NCBI GenBank assembly: GCA_951406725.2
Contig: OX597821.1
Location: forward strand, 44,578,001 to 44,642,000
Reading direction: 5' to 3'
Length of the DNA stretch: 64,000 bases
Source: Octopus vulgaris
Taxonomy: Eukaryota
Positions 41,776 to 55,900 of the stretch are shown here, in pieces (within the stretch, counting starts at the first letter, position 1; each line of letters opens with the position of its first letter). The position numbers and the translations under genes are program-made. Under the pieces are notes generated by a model, which was not told the origin of the DNA, did not search any database, and saw nothing but the letters and a program-made list of their open reading frames with translations.

Positions 41776-42749
41776 AAATTGATATCTGTGCCAAGTTGGG
41801 AAATTTTATCCTTCTTAAATAATTGTTTCTAATTTAAGTGCAAGGCCAGTAGTCTTAGGGAAGGGTTTAGTCAATGCCATAGACCCAGTACTTCATTGGT
41901 ACTTTATTTTATTGAGATCAGAGGGATAAAAGGTAAGGTTGACATAGGAGGGATTTTAAATTCAGAATGTAAAGAGTTGGAAGAAATATCATATGTTCAG
42001 TGCTCTAACAATTCTGCCAGCTTGCCTCTTTGACATTTAAAAAAAAATTATAACTCGAATGACGTGCATCGGTAACATTATAAATTGCTGATGTTAATAC
42101 AAGTTAACAGCCTAAACTTATTAGCATACATGAAATATTATGAATACTACTATTATGGAATTATATTAGCATCAATCACTTTTGTTGAGAGTAAGGAACT
42201 TTGTTAGCAGATTCACATGGCACAACTCATAAATTACATTTCTACCCACTCTCTTTACTTTCTTTAACCCAGCTACCATCTAGTACAAACTTTTTACTAT
42301 TTCGTACATGCCACTTACTTTAACTATGAACCTCCTACATCCTAGATTTTATCTTTCAGTAGCTCAGTTTCATTGACTTTGAATTATGAGTATACACTAA
42401 AGACTCTCTGAGTACTTGAGAGTAGTAACAGCACTAACTGTATCAATCAGTAGGTTAAGTCAGTCTCACTGTTGATGCTACATATTCACTGTTACTCAGT
42501 CCTCTCATATTTTGGTATTTCCATTCTCTTTACTCTACATTTTCTGAGATTTTGCTTCTGTAAGTCCATAGTGTTTTGTATTAAATGTGTCATCAGTTTT
42601 AAGAGCTCCTTTAATGAAGTCTCACTATTCTTAACTTTGAGCTTTGTAATCTTCCATAAATCATAATTACTGCCTGAATTTAGTGTCATGCAATAAAATG
42701 TGCCAGTCACTACAATGTAGGGTACTCACCTGCAACCCATTTAGTGGTG

Positions 42750-43075
42750 TAATGGAAAATAGGTCTGGAATTATTGTGGAAATGTTGGAATGGCGGCTAA
42801 TTGATTTGTGCTGTGTAAAAGAGATAAAATAATAGAGTGCCTCAACTTCTCATGAGCAAGGAACTCGGATACAAATTCTTCTAGGTGAGTTAGTGGATTA
42901 GGCATATTGTTAACAGAGAAATGGAGAGATAAAGTAATTGAGGTCAGCAAGAGTGTGACAATGATTAAGTTTGAACTGGTTACAGATTACACAACATCAA
43001 TAGTGATCTTTTATGTGCACCACAGTTGAGGTCAACATATGAACATAAGGATCATGTCTATGAAGATCTCTCGTA
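42750..43075 (+). mobile_element. highly decayed RTE endonuclease fragment
   Basis: RSGIIVEMLEWRLIDLCCVKEIK and GLGILLTEKWRDKVIEV match the N-terminus of copy 2. Confidence 0.72.
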
Positions 43076-43560
43076 GACTACCTTGATATCAGTTGACAGT
43101 GGTGGCAGTGGCAATAGTTTGATTGACTGATTGATTACAAGTTTAAATCAACTGTTTGTGTTTGTAGGTTGTGGGGATGGATGGCAGAATATATTGTTGT
43201 ACTTTGCTTCAGTTTATCTTACTGTCTTGCTAAATATATGCTGGTGATTTCTGAATATTTTTTTGGTTTCAATATCTTAATGGTTTAGTTAGTGGTAAAA
43301 CACAACCCATGACCTTTACCAAAACTTGGATTAAGGAATTTATCATCATACAAGACCTCAGGAGGCCTGAATGTTTACAACAGTGTGTTCACCACTGAAA
43401 GCATTCAAGAGCCAGTTGGTAGTGTTAAACCAGATCAGACAACAGATAAAATTTACAGCCTCTGGTATTCTAAACAAGGGAGAATTTCCCTCATCCACTC
43501 AAAATTAAAGAGATCAGAGATAAGGAACAAGCCCATTAATACTTTTGGTTCATAAAAAGA

Positions 43561-43812
43561 TTTACCCTTCTGATACCAACACACCCAAAACCGAACCTAA
43601 TCCATGATATAAACTTCTTGTTTTAATGTGATCTAAACTAAAACATTCCATCCAAATTCCATATTTATTTGTATTCCAAACACTTGTTTAATAATGACAA
43701 CTATTTTACAAGATACTTCATTATATTCAAAATGAATCGAAACAAAGTAAGTGTATCTCAATATGACCCTTTCATTATCATATTTCAATAAATATGGTTA
43801 CAAAAATGTTAA
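43561..43812. mobile_element. piggyBac-like MITE family 2 (decayed)
   Basis: Collinear with 16847-17068; ends ggttacaaaaatg-ttaa. Confidence 0.55.
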
Positions 43813-46800
43813 CTATCTATCATTTCGAAATTATTATCAACTTCAGTTTGACTTTAATCTTTCCATATTCCTAATCAAAGTTATTCACAGTTCTGTAACA
43901 TTATCATCCATCCATTCTCTCTGCAGATATATGTTAAAGCCATGGGTTGTAACAGATATCTACACTGAAAATTGCCTGATGGTAATATCATATCATACAA
44001 CAGATATCATTGTGTAATAGTTACTAATACATGTCTCTTTTCACTATTTATTTCTAGCTCATGTCTTCTTTATTTATCTCTTAATATAATACACTATCAT
44101 TTAAATGTACAGCATCATAGCAGGAATTTAACATGCTTCAGTATTCACTAACTGCATCTGAGATCAATCTTCTATTAGAATTACATGAAAAACAGAATAA
44201 ATCCTAATAACCCATTTCAGCAGAGATACAAAGTTACAGAAATAGTTTAGTTGAAGCAACATAGAAATTATTTCAGAAAAGAATTGCAGCAGAAACATTC
44301 TATCACTGTATTACTGTATTACTGTATTACTTTCTTATCATTTCAGTATTATTCCATTGAGCTAGATTACATACTCCTCATCATATTTTGGTCTCATCTT
44401 TCATGGTTAAATCTGGTTCACAATTTCTCTTACACATTTGCAATATTTGTTATATTTGCTGTTAATCAGAAACCTCACTGTATCTCCAAAAATGTGGCTG
44501 CTTCATCATATTTCCTTAGAAACCATACAAGTTTCTAAACCATTATCAAATTGTAGCTGTCACATTGCTGCTTATATTATAATATTATTTGTATTCAGTT
44601 TGGGTGAGAAAAAGCACAAGCACAAACTTATATACCAAAAGAGTTAACTTATTCACAGCTTCTCTACACTTAGATTTCATACTAACTTCTTTGATGTTAA
44701 ATAATGGTACAGCAGCTACACAGACAGACATTCTTGACCACAGTCACCCAACTAATTAGCAGCTAGTCATAGACACACCACACCACACTACACAATACCA
44801 TTACAATACTCTGTACATTGTTGACATATTGATTTCAAATTTTGGCACAAAGCCAGCAATTTGGGGGTAGGACATAAGTCAATTACATTGACCCCAGTGC
44901 TTAACTTATATTATAGACCCTGAAAAAAATGAAAGGTGAAGTCAACCTTGGTAGAATTTGAACTCAGAACATAAAGATGGAGGAAATGCCACTAAGCATC
45001 TTGCTTGGTGCTGTAATGATTCTGCCAGCTTACTGCCTTTGTACATGGTTGATATATTGCATAGCCAGAGTGCTACATATTGGGCCAGTGAAAGTGCATG
45101 GCCTAATGGTTAGGGTATTGCTTCCACAATCATAAGATCATTGGTTTAATGCTTGGATTTGGTGCTTTGTGTTCTTGAGCAAGGCTCTATTCTTCACATT
45201 ATTCTAGTCTGCTCAGCTGAAATTGACTACCAGTCAGGTACAGGTGCAGGTGCCTTCTCCCTACAGCTCTCAGATTCTCAATGTTCCACTGAGTCAAGGA
45301 TGGAATGTCTGAGTGTCTTTGTCTACTTGTGACACTGTAGGCAATTGAAATAATTATCAAAAACATGGTGCTAACTACCAAGTCATTCTCATTAACAACT
45401 GACAGTTTATATATTAATCAGACATAATCTATCAGCCCAATCCCTTAAACTTATATTTTCAGATTAGTTTCAGTTTTCCAAACTATCAAACTTAGATTTT
45501 GTTTTTGTTATCCACATTATTGTTTAACCCAGATCAGCTCTGACTGAAGAGGTCTGTGATCAGAGATATGTCAGCTGTAATATCATATACTTTTGTTACC
45601 AAAACTGCATGAATTAGAGTTATTAGAATAACCATTTAGAGGCTCCCGCACTGGCTTTCTTTGATTTATTTATTCTCTGTTAGTGGTAGGAGCAGGGATT
45701 GCTACTTTTACATATACACCTGCCCTTTGGCTAATTTTGAACAGAGAACCTTTCAGTTTAATAAAAAGTTCAATTACCTTATATATTTTGCTTGAGTCTC
45801 ATTTTTTGAAAGATAAGATTAGTTGTCGAGAAAGCAATAGTACAGTTTTAACATATATACTGTGGCAACCATGATAACTTTAATTAATAAAGACTGTAAC
45901 CAGTTTTAGGAAAAGTAGACATACTTACACAATGCTTAACTAAACCAAAGGCAAAGTAGGCAACTCAAAATAACTTAGCAATAACTAAGCCCTGATGTCA
46001 CTGCAATATTTATTTCTGACCCTAAACTGAAATACATCAATTGGCACAAGTAGAACTCTGTTAAAAACATTACATAGTTTCAAAATGTTTCTTGAAGTTA
46101 AAGACAAATGTTAAAAGAAATGAAAAACATAGTATCAAATATTTTGGTTATGAATCACTTCTCACTGAAGCTACAAAATGGAATATATTGCTCTCATTGC
46201 TGAAAATTGTGGTATACCTGAGCTTGTGGTGCACCTGAGCACTGTATACAATAATTTCATTATTAAAAAAAAAAAATTCAACTCACTCATAACCAACTTG
46301 CCTCCCTCAGGAATTAGAGGGAAAATTGTCCCTTAAATAGCTTAAGAGGGAATAATGCTTAGCTAGTCTATCACATTAAGTTCATGCAAAGCTAAATGGA
46401 CTTGACCATCACATGATAAACCAAAATGGACAACTAAGGGTAAAAAAGCAAAATGCAGATACCTAATGGTAAAGAGCAATCCTACACACCAATAGCTGTA
46501 ACTATGTCATCACCTTTTGGATAAATCAACTGATGCAACAATTCATTCATCTTCCCAACAGATGAATTAACGTAAAATTGCATCAGCAGATGTGCTTATA
46601 TCATTGCCTTTCAGAATAATCAATGTCTTAGACCAGACAGTAAATTGCCAGGCATTTCTAGTCATGTCAGTGAGTTAACACACCATGTTTTTGATAGTTG
46701 TTGTGGTTATGATAGCCACAGCTGACCAGTTATAAAGTCATTCAATTCAGACACAGCTTTTACTGGCAACACACACAGAACAGCAACCAGTTGATCTTGA

Positions 46801-47184
46801 CTTCATATAATAATTACCATTGACTCACCAAACTACCTTTTACTAGCTATTCAGGTACTTATCCTTTTCGTTGCCAACAGTTTCTACCAGTTTTCCTGAA
46901 TTTTTCTCATAATACATGTTGTTCTCCACACTATGCAGCTGCACTATATACACACACATATACTGCAATGCCACATGCAACTGTCACTAGTTGCAACAAC
47001 TTTACTGTTTCTGCAACTTCTGCTATTACATGTTTCACACTATTCAACAAGCTGCATTCACAGGACTTTCTACATGAGCACGTACATCCTTTAGGTTTAC
47101 TTGAAGCTATTGTGCACATCCTGCAGGCTTACTTGCATCTTTTATTAACATACATACATGTAATGATCGTGTGTGTACATGTAT

Positions 47185-47990
47185 ACAGGGTGTTTGGGCT
47201 AAAATTGACAGTTTTCATAAAAAGTAAAGAAAGCAAATTATCCCATCCAAACATAAAAGTATTTTTAAAAAATATATATCACCTCAATTATGTCTGGGAG
47301 ATAACAGTTTACTCATAGTGACCACCCTCAGCTTCCATCATAGCTACAGGAACCTGGCTCATGCATTCCTCACTGCATCCCTGGGAGGATCTTTAAACAC
47401 CTCCTTGATCTTGGCCATCAGCTTGGCCTTGGCATTGCAAGAGGTGCAGTTGGAGTCTTTCTCAACCACACCCCATATGTAGTAAACTATGGGATTACAA
47501 TCAAGGGAATTAGGTGGCCATAAATTGGAAATTGGGGCTGGTGAGATCAAAGAAATTTTTCAACAACTACTTCTGACTCTTTCTGAAGGTTTGGCAGGGA
47601 GCTGAATCCTGCTGCCACACATAACCTTCCAGCAGCAATAACTCACCAGCCAGTGTTTGACATCAATTTCCAGCAGCTTCACATAGCCATCCGAATTGAG
47701 CCTAAGGCCTTGTTCTAAGATGTGGGGATGAATTCCAGTATACACACACAGAATTCTTTCAGTGTTCCTTCCTGTTGGCCATGGCTTCATAGTCTCGATT
47801 GCAGTTGTCCATATCACATATTACAACCATTACAGTGTTCACAGAGCATTGAGCAACAGTCATGATATTGGCATTTTGATACCCAGCACAAACCATCATG
47901 ACACAGGTAACTCTTTTCCAATATTCAGATGGCTTTCAGTCCTCCATGTCAGCTAACTTTTTCTCAACTACAACTTGAATCTTTGTTGTC
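47185..47990 (-). mobile_element. Tc1/mariner superfamily relic (maT/DD37D-like)
   Basis: ta-cagggtg terminus at ~47185; minus-strand LWPPNSLDCNPIVYYIWGVVE resembles WPPxSPDxNPxDY; other end not located. Confidence 0.72.
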
Positions 47991-48840
47991 TCCAATACCA
48001 TTGGCTTTTCACCAATACATCAAGCTGTTACTGGAAAAAGGGAGACACAAAAATCATCAAATTTATCCCAAACACTTTGTATATGCATCATCCCAAAACT
48101 TGCAGAAACACTATGTCCATTTCTATAAATGTACCATTCACTTCTTTCAATGTATTTATAACATTCATCTTTTTCTGTTTGTATTCTTTCTATATATTAT
48201 TTTCCTGATGTTGAAGTTTCATATCATATGTACTATTTATAATGATTGATATAACTTGTTGAAGCTACATCAATTTATTGAGCAGTAGATGATGTTAATA
48301 AAAAAATCATTCAATATATATCTTACAGGTTTGGTTATCATTGACCGAAGTTTTGATTTCCCTACAGTACCATCATCATCATCATCATCATCATCATCGC
48401 TTCACATTTGTTTTTACCTGCTGGCATGGCTTGGATTTGTCATAGTGTCTCATCATTTGCCTACAATCTTTATCATCTGATACACATAATAACACAGGAA
48501 AACAGTCATCTTTTTTTGTGGATTAGCTTGTTTTTTACAACTTGATGCCTTTCCAATCATCTTTACAGCATAGTTTAGAACCAGTTTATCATGTCACCAG
48601 CTCAAGAGAGATTGTCTCTAATGAGACCAACGAACTCCGTTCATGTTCATGTTCATTCATAGTTGTAAACATTCAGCTTTCATAATGTACTATATAGTTA
48701 CTAAAGTTATTAACCTTTAGCATACTGGAGGAGCATCATGTCACCATATGAGTTTTCTCCCCTCTCAATGCAACACATTGCACCTGCAGCTATGGAGAAG
48801 AAAACTCTATGGTGATATAATGCTCCTAAACATGCTGAAG

Positions 48841-49065
48841 ATTAATCACATATTTTTAATGCCAGTTACCTTCAATACCAACATTGTTTCTAACTCAGGA
48901 GAAAACTGTCCCTTGTCAGTCACTATCTTACATTATTTAATCTACTGAACTTTAATAGACAGTGATTGATGACATATAGACACTAGGATTCTGCACTGCC
49001 TACTTCACTAACACTACTTTTGTACTGGTTGCTCAAATTAGAAGAAATTGCAACCAAATCTCTCT
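48841..49065 (+). repeat. ~220-bp direct repeat, copy 1 (copy 2 at 50723-50937)
   Basis: attaatcacatattt.taatgccagttaccttcaatacc...cactacttttgtac collinear in both copies. Confidence 0.88.
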
Positions 49066-49301
49066 CAGATTATACTATACAATCTTAAGTAAAGGGAGGA
49101 CACTGGATAATAGAAATTGATGACTTAAAAAAGCTGTAGTAGTCATGACTGGAATGATTATAGGTCTGTTGGTTCAGGGCTGACATGGATCTGAGCAACA
49201 ACTACAAATCTAGAAAATAAGTACCAGTAATATTCCTGGAAACATTTCCTTGAACTGTACTCTTAACCTATAAAAATATTGTTTACTCAATCAAAATTAT
49301 T

Positions 49302-49338
<37 letters not shown>

Positions 49339-49472
49339 TATATCCTTCACTCTCCTATCTCTCTTTATTCCTGTATTTTTTTTTAATCTCATGATAAAAT
49401 GTTAAACCCACAGACAGATTTAGTACTATATATCATCAGAAGGTGGTGCTAATATATATGTATGTGTGTGTG

Positions 49473-49511
<39 letters not shown>

Positions 49512-49513
<2 letters not shown>

Positions 49514-50110
49514 GAGGAAGTATGCAAAAGAAACCAGAATTTTGCAATACAACTTTATCCACTTAGTTTTACACTTTTATCACCCTCAAAGTATTCTCCG
49601 TTTGAAGCAATGCATTTTCCACTGTTGGAAACAGTGCTGAAACTCTTGCAAAGTGATGCCTTTTAACACCTCCATTGTATTTTTCTGCAAATTCTGTAGC
49701 ACCAGCTTTCGTCACCGTTGATGATCTTCGAAAAAAGGTCTGGATCAATTTCCAACTGTATTTTTTTTCAGTTCACAACACGCATTCAGCCATGATTGCA
49801 CAAATTTTGCTGCAACACTTTTCATTTGCAATTCCTCACTCAAAATTTGTTGGCTGGAGCTCCAGGGCACACCAGTCATATCAACAAATTCGTCACTTGT
49901 TCAGTGATTATCATCTAAGATCAGTTCATGAATTTTCATGATGTTTCATTCGTTCGGGAGGTTGACAGTTGCCCTCAACAAGGTTGGTCCTCAAGCAACA
50001 TGTGACCATTCCTAGCATCCTTGTAAGTTGCTTGAAGCATGACATTTGTTTCAGCTGCGGTTTTCCCCAGTAGAAAACAGAATTTCACAGAAACACTTCA
50101 TTTCACATTG
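49512..50110 (-). mobile_element. third mariner-like relic
   Basis: ta-cgagg terminus after (TA)n; minus strand ends in ...CIASNGEYFEG-like mariner C-terminus. Confidence 0.6.
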
Positions 50111-50270
50111 CTCTAGTCCCTTTTTGATCAAGGAAGTGTGTTGACCTGCTCAACTAGCCAGCGGGGTGGTGTCACTCTATGGTTAAAACAATGCAAAGCT
50201 CATTGTGACCAGCGATGTGTAACAACATCTGATAGTCTGGTCAGTCACGTGATCATGATATATACTCATA

Positions 50271-50324
<54 letters not shown>

Positions 50325-52458
50325 CACACAATGAGTATATCAGGATAAATTATCTAGGCAGGTGCTGTAATAACTCACAGGTATATTCTAGGTTCTGGTT
50401 AAAGCATCAAGGACCTCTTAGAGTGAGCAATCCCACTGTAATTCTTCTGATGAGTAAATCTGGGTTTGCTTCACTGTATTATGAATATATGGAGACTGGT
50501 GCATCTAGAAATTTTTCTTTTGATATAGTAGTTAATTATACACAATAATTAGTTATGCTGTATAATTAAGTGTTAAATTAACAGAAAAAATTTTTAAGAT
50601 GTATCAGTCTCTGTATTCTTTTTAATTGTATTAGATTTACTTTCCTGAAAATATTCATAATCCAGTGAAGTAAGCACAGATTTACAATATATATGTATGT
50701 GTGTGTGTGCTTAATTAAAGTTATTAATCACATATTTGTAATGCCAGTTACCTTCAATACCAATATTGTTACTCACCCAACTGCTCCTTGTCAGTCACTA
50801 CCTTATATTATTCAATCTACTGAACTCTTGCAGATAATGATTGATGAAATATAGACATTAGGATTCTATGCTGCATACTTCACTTACACTACTTTTGTAC
50901 CAGTTGCTCGAGTTAGTAGGCATAGCAGCCAGACCTCTTAAGAGAGACTTAGCTGCTGATTCTAAACAAGGTGAACCACCACATAGATGCTACAGTGGCA
51001 GCATAATGTTGGAGTAGTATTTATCAGAATTGATGAGAGAATAACAATAATAAAAGAGCGGGTCAACCAAATAAAGAAGCCCTACCCCCAACACTCCTGC
51101 ATTCCAAATAAAGAATGGGGGGTAGTTTGTATTAATATGAAGTTTGCCAGTTTCACTGTTAGAGTATATTTCCTACTGATGTATATATCATGTTCTGTTC
51201 TGTTGCAAAAGAGCTATTCCTCATACAAGTAACTACTACATCAGCTGACCCAGTGATTCCCTGACAGTTGCTAAGGACTACTCCCACCTCACCCCACAAA
51301 CCCCACACTTTCATGTTCGGGCTTTTTGCCACTTTTCTTGCACTTCCTGTTGCCTCTCACATGCCACTCTTTGGAAATACTGGTTCGATGGAAACTTTAC
51401 AGCAATGTTATCCTCCTTCTGTTGTAAGTACCATCATTTTATATTCATCCTAGTAGAGATTTCCTTCCTTACTCTCAGAGAGAATATTCTGACAAAATAG
51501 TTTTGATCAAGTAAACAACTATATCTTCATCATCAGGTAATCTAAATAACTCCAGTGTTTACTTCTTATATCAACAACAGAGCCTCCATCAGCTAGAAAT
51601 AGCAGCCAAGTTTCTTCAAACCACACTGTACTGTTTTTATATATAAAGAAGAAAAGGATCATGATCATGTATGGAACATGTTTTGATCATCAACCTACTC
51701 AGTCAGGATTGATCTAGGGTTAAACATTAACATATAAAAACACATCTGTTAAAATATTTTTGTTCTTTGTTTTGTTTGCATCAAGTTAAAGAGTTGAGTT
51801 AGTTTTTCTTTAACTTTATTAGTTAGAAATGTTATTGTTACTAGCATTGAAGCTATTTTCTTTTTAATTTTGTTAGCTAATTAAAAGATTGGTAGATTTG
51901 TTAGAGTATTGGCTTGAATACTTTGTGATTTTTGTTCCAGCTATCTGCATTCTGAGTTCAAATCCTTCTGAATTCAACTTTGCTTTTTGATCCTTTCAGG
52001 GTTGATATATAAAGTACCAGAGCAAGGTAGTGGGTAGCAGTTATGTTAGAATGTTAGATGAGGTTATTTCCTACAGTCCTTGTTCCAGGAATGGTGAAGT
52101 TAACCTCAGTGGAATTTGAACTCAAACCACAAAGACCTGGGACAAATACCACAAGGTATCTTCATCTTACAACTCCACCAGTCCACCAATCTGTGTGGTA
52201 CTTTCTTTACTGGCCCTGAAAGAATGAAAGGTAATGTTGACCTGAGCTGGATTTGAAATCAGACCACAGGGAACTGACACAAATACCACATGGCATTCAA
52301 GTCAACATTCTAAAGTAATTTTTTTATCCAACTTAACATGGATGTCTTGTTAGAACACTGAATACTGAATTAATAGCCTTGCGAAATCTTCTCATATAGG
52401 TGCTTGGTGCATAGAAGCACTCACATAGATCATAGCAGATCATCTGTCATGGGCTCCG

Positions 52459-52507
52459 GAATTCTCGTAACACATTTCATTCTGCTGGACCTCATCAGTG
52501 GGAAGTG
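52459..52507 (-). ncRNA. degenerate hammerhead ribozyme fold (second unit)
   Basis: Minus strand: CUUCCCA-CUGAUGA-GGUC cagca GAAU-GAAA-UGUGU-UA|CGAGAA; core intact, stems carry mismatches. Confidence 0.6.
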
Positions 52508-52784
52508 TGGGTCACCACTTGCCAGTCAAACTGCCATCATATATAGAATACCAGTAACTTTTCAGGCACTGATGTGACTAATAGCCAGCAGACTTGTTAA
52601 AAATATTAATTGTGATGGAATCAGTATTAATATCAAAAGGTAATGCTTATATCCAACTTAACAGGGATGCCTTGTTAGAACACTGAATATTGCCTTATTA
52701 ACATTGAAAGGTCCTCTCATATAGGCACTTGGACATAAAAGCACCTACACAGATCGTAGCAGATAATCATCTATCATGGGCACC

Positions 52785-52840
52785 AGAATTCCCCATATCA
52801 TATGATTTCAGTCTACTGGACTTCATCAGTGGGAAGTGCT
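52785..52840 (-). ncRNA. minimal type I hammerhead ribozyme fold (intact core)
   Basis: Minus strand: CUUCCCA-CUGAUGA-AGUC cagua GACU-GAAA-UCAUAUGA-UA|UGGGGAA; stems I and II pair, stem III is palindromic (AUCAUAUGAU); predicted cleavage between 52796 and 52795. Confidence 0.78.
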
Positions 52841-52971
52841 GGTCACCTGTATTCTCAGTTCAAATTTCACCTCCAATTACTGACCTTCTCATAGCAAGAA
52901 ATGAGTTTTTAGGAATTTGTTAACTAGTATTAGGACTCCAATATTGGATGGAGCAATGCACTGGCAAAACT

Positions 52972-53014
<43 letters not shown>

Positions 53015-53231
53015 TTCTTCTTGTACCATGTTTCCTTCAAAGTAGGACCCTCTGTATGTAAAGGATAAGCTCAGGAGAGAAGCAAAGTAAACTCTAAAGA
53101 AATCGGCAAGGGGGCAACTGAAAACTACTGTTGCATTTTTCCCAAGAAAAATCGTGGATTGTCTGACTTTGGCATGAAGGTCCATGAATGCCAACACCTC
53201 TCCTGAAAATGTCTCAGAACTTCTGGTAAGC

Positions 53232-53274
<43 letters not shown>

Positions 53275-53946
53275 ATAATAAAAAATGGAACAAGAACGCA
53301 ACAGGTGACAACAAAACATCCAGACTGATGATACAAAAAGGGAAAAGAAAAAACAAGGACAGGTCATTCGGAGTTTTCTATCCTCAGTCGAGTTACAGAT
53401 CATCTTTGCAGTTTCAGCTGGTTATACTCAATACTGCTCCAATCTGGCCAGCCCCAAGAAAAATCTAACTTAAAAGCACTTGATTCCTTGGAAGAAAGCA
53501 GCGAATGTATACGAAAACAAAGACGGGAAAAAAAAAACAGAGAAATGGTACACAAATACAAATGCAAACAATAGGTGTCTTTTGACTAAGGACAAATTAA
53601 ATTAAGCCGGCATGTGTGGAAGTAAAGCCTTACAGCAGGGACATAAGAAATGACAGGCACAGGGAAGGAATATAGATGTTGCACAGATGATAGTTGAACC
53701 AAGAAAGAAAGGTCAGGTTTGGCTGAACACCAGTCACATGGATGGAGAGGAGAGAGGTAGAGGCAGGGGGAAAGAAGAACTAGGGAGGGACGAGAAAAAG
53801 AAAAGGGACAGAGTGAAGTGAAAGAGGAGAGAAAGTGTAAAGGAAGGGAAGGCCAAGAAATGTGAGAGAGGGGGAGCAAAAGAAAGAAGAGTGGAAAGAA
53901 CGAAGTAAGTGTGAAGGGGCTGAATGAAAGAATAAGAGAGTTGTTT

Positions 53947-53976
<30 letters not shown>

Positions 53977-53981
<5 letters not shown>

Positions 53982-54174
53982 ATCCCTCAACTGTCACGGG
54001 TGTTGCATTCCAAAACCCCCTGCGATAGGTGAAAATCCATGAAGTACTGTACTGTATATTTTAAAAAATTATTTTCATAATTTGTAAATATTTATTTTAT
54101 TATAAATGCAAGACAACACCAGGGAGGAATAATAAACTGCAATAGGTGAACCACTATTTGGCGAGGGATTACTG
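53977..54174. mobile_element. Tigger/pogo-like MITE
   Basis: Termini ctgtaatccctc / gagggattactg-TA; internal repeated gc(g/a)ataggtgaa. Confidence 0.75.
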
Positions 54175-54401
54175 TATATATATTTATATATATATATACA
54201 TATATAAGAGATAATGGGGTCATTGAGACCCAAAGGTGTCAGGTAATGCTGAATAAGTACTATAGACAGACCATAGTTACATTCCAGATTTGGTAATATT
54301 GTGAATAAAGGGTTCAACGTTGGTTCTATATCAAGACCTTCTATCTATAAATGCTCTAATATCTATACCGCCTTGGTTTTTTTATCTCATTACACAAAAA
54401 A

Positions 54402-54457
<56 letters not shown>

Positions 54458-55091
54458 TGGGTAAGGCCAAACAATGCGAAGTAAATGTAGGTATTGTGGT
54501 CAAGAAGTTTGCTTCATAAGCACATTGGCCAATTAGTAGAAGCAAAAACTGTGTGGAAATTCATCATACGTATTTATGTGTAAGTATGTGTGTCTTGGCT
54601 AGTTTATATCAGCAGAAGATACAAAAATCTCATATAAGGAATTCCCCACCTGCAAATGGTGGTTCACAAACAAAATGTTTTGCATCTGTTCAAACTCATC
54701 TCTCTTTGCTGTCAGCATCATGATGGAAAGCTCTAACTAAGGATGACACTACTGTTTACAAAATTGTGATTGTTTCATGTTTGCATTCATTTTTCCATAT
54801 TAGATATTTTATTAAGGCATTGTTTTACAGCCAGATGGATGCTCTTCCTGTCACTAAACCTTACCTGTTTTTCAAATGACGGATATAAAATTATAAACAG
54901 CAATAAGTTGCTTAGGTATCTGCTGAAATCTTGAACTTATCCAACTTCCCAATAAAAACAAAGAAGTGGATGTACAGTGGTGTTGTTGTTGATGATGATG
55001 ATGATGATGATGATTACAATCAGTGGTATAAGTTCCTGGTGGAAATTATATGCTTGTGGTAGAATTGGTGAAATTATTATTATTATTATTA

Positions 55092-55143
55092 GTCCAACCC
55101 ATGCTAGCATGGAAAGCGGACGTTAAACGATGATGATGATGAT
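55092..55143 (+). mobile_element. ~50-bp extreme 3' end of the RTE family
   Basis: gtccaacccatgctagcatggaaagcggacgttaaac(gat)5 next to an (ATT)n tract. Confidence 0.85.
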
Positions 55144-55637
55144 TATCACTAATCATTCATTTTAACTATTGCTTTTTTTTTCACTAATTTTAGAGGTGTG
55201 AAAATATGATGTTGTGATGTGCAAGCCTTTCCCAAGGGTATTAATGGCACAAGTGGCCAGCAATTAAAACTCAGTTTACTCCTTCTGTTATAGGGGTTTG
55301 CCATTTTAGACTGTAAAATATTAATTCAGCTTCAAGCAGATGTCTAACAACTATGGATTTGTCCCTTCCTTGGTAAGCATCACAGCAACATTAAAGTATA
55401 ATCATGGAATCTTTTTACACTGTCTGTGGCTATATTTGTGTGTGCTCTTGTTCTTGTCGTTGTTGTTTAACACTATCTGTGATTGAGCAACTTATGCTCA
55501 AAAATATTCCTGCCATGACCATCTTATCTTTTTGAAGTATGTACGACTATATTAAGATAGTAGGGTGTGATTTGAGAAAGCTTTAGCAGGCTGAGTGGCC
55601 ATGTTGAGAAAGCTTGTCTCATTGGCACAGGTGTTCT

Positions 55638-55900
55638 CAGGGCTGGTTTTAAGCCAATTAGATTTGATCAAATTGGGCCTCATGCCAAGAGAGGGCCCCC
55701 ATCCAAATACTCAAGCAGAGGATGCTATGAAGTTTTAATATATTATTGTGGCTAATGATGGAGCCTCAAGCTCTCAACACTTTTTAGCTGGGACTGGCAT
55801 ACTATATAAAGTATAAAACATCAATCTTCAGCTTTTGTATAGCAGAGGGCTCCACTGACAATTCTCTAATTGAGCCCTGCACTTCCTAGTACTGGCCCTG
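55638..55900. mobile_element. hAT-type MITE with perfect 8-bp TSD
   Basis: GGTGTTCT at 55630-55637 and 55901-55908; termini cagggctgg / ctggccctg. Confidence 0.88.

Larger units (their letters stand above)
52326..52870 (-). repeat. ~325-bp tandem repeat (about 1.7 units) carrying hammerhead motifs
   Basis: Units start tatccaacttaaca at ~52326 and ~52650 and stay collinear through tcatcagtgggaagtg..ggtcacc. Confidence 0.88.

Noticed and set aside
42492-42710. 72-aa minus-strand ORF
   Set aside because: No recognisable motif or splice context; adjacent to decayed LINE sequence.
50444-50475. ctgatga followed by a hairpin
   Set aside because: No GAAA after the stem, so not a hammerhead.
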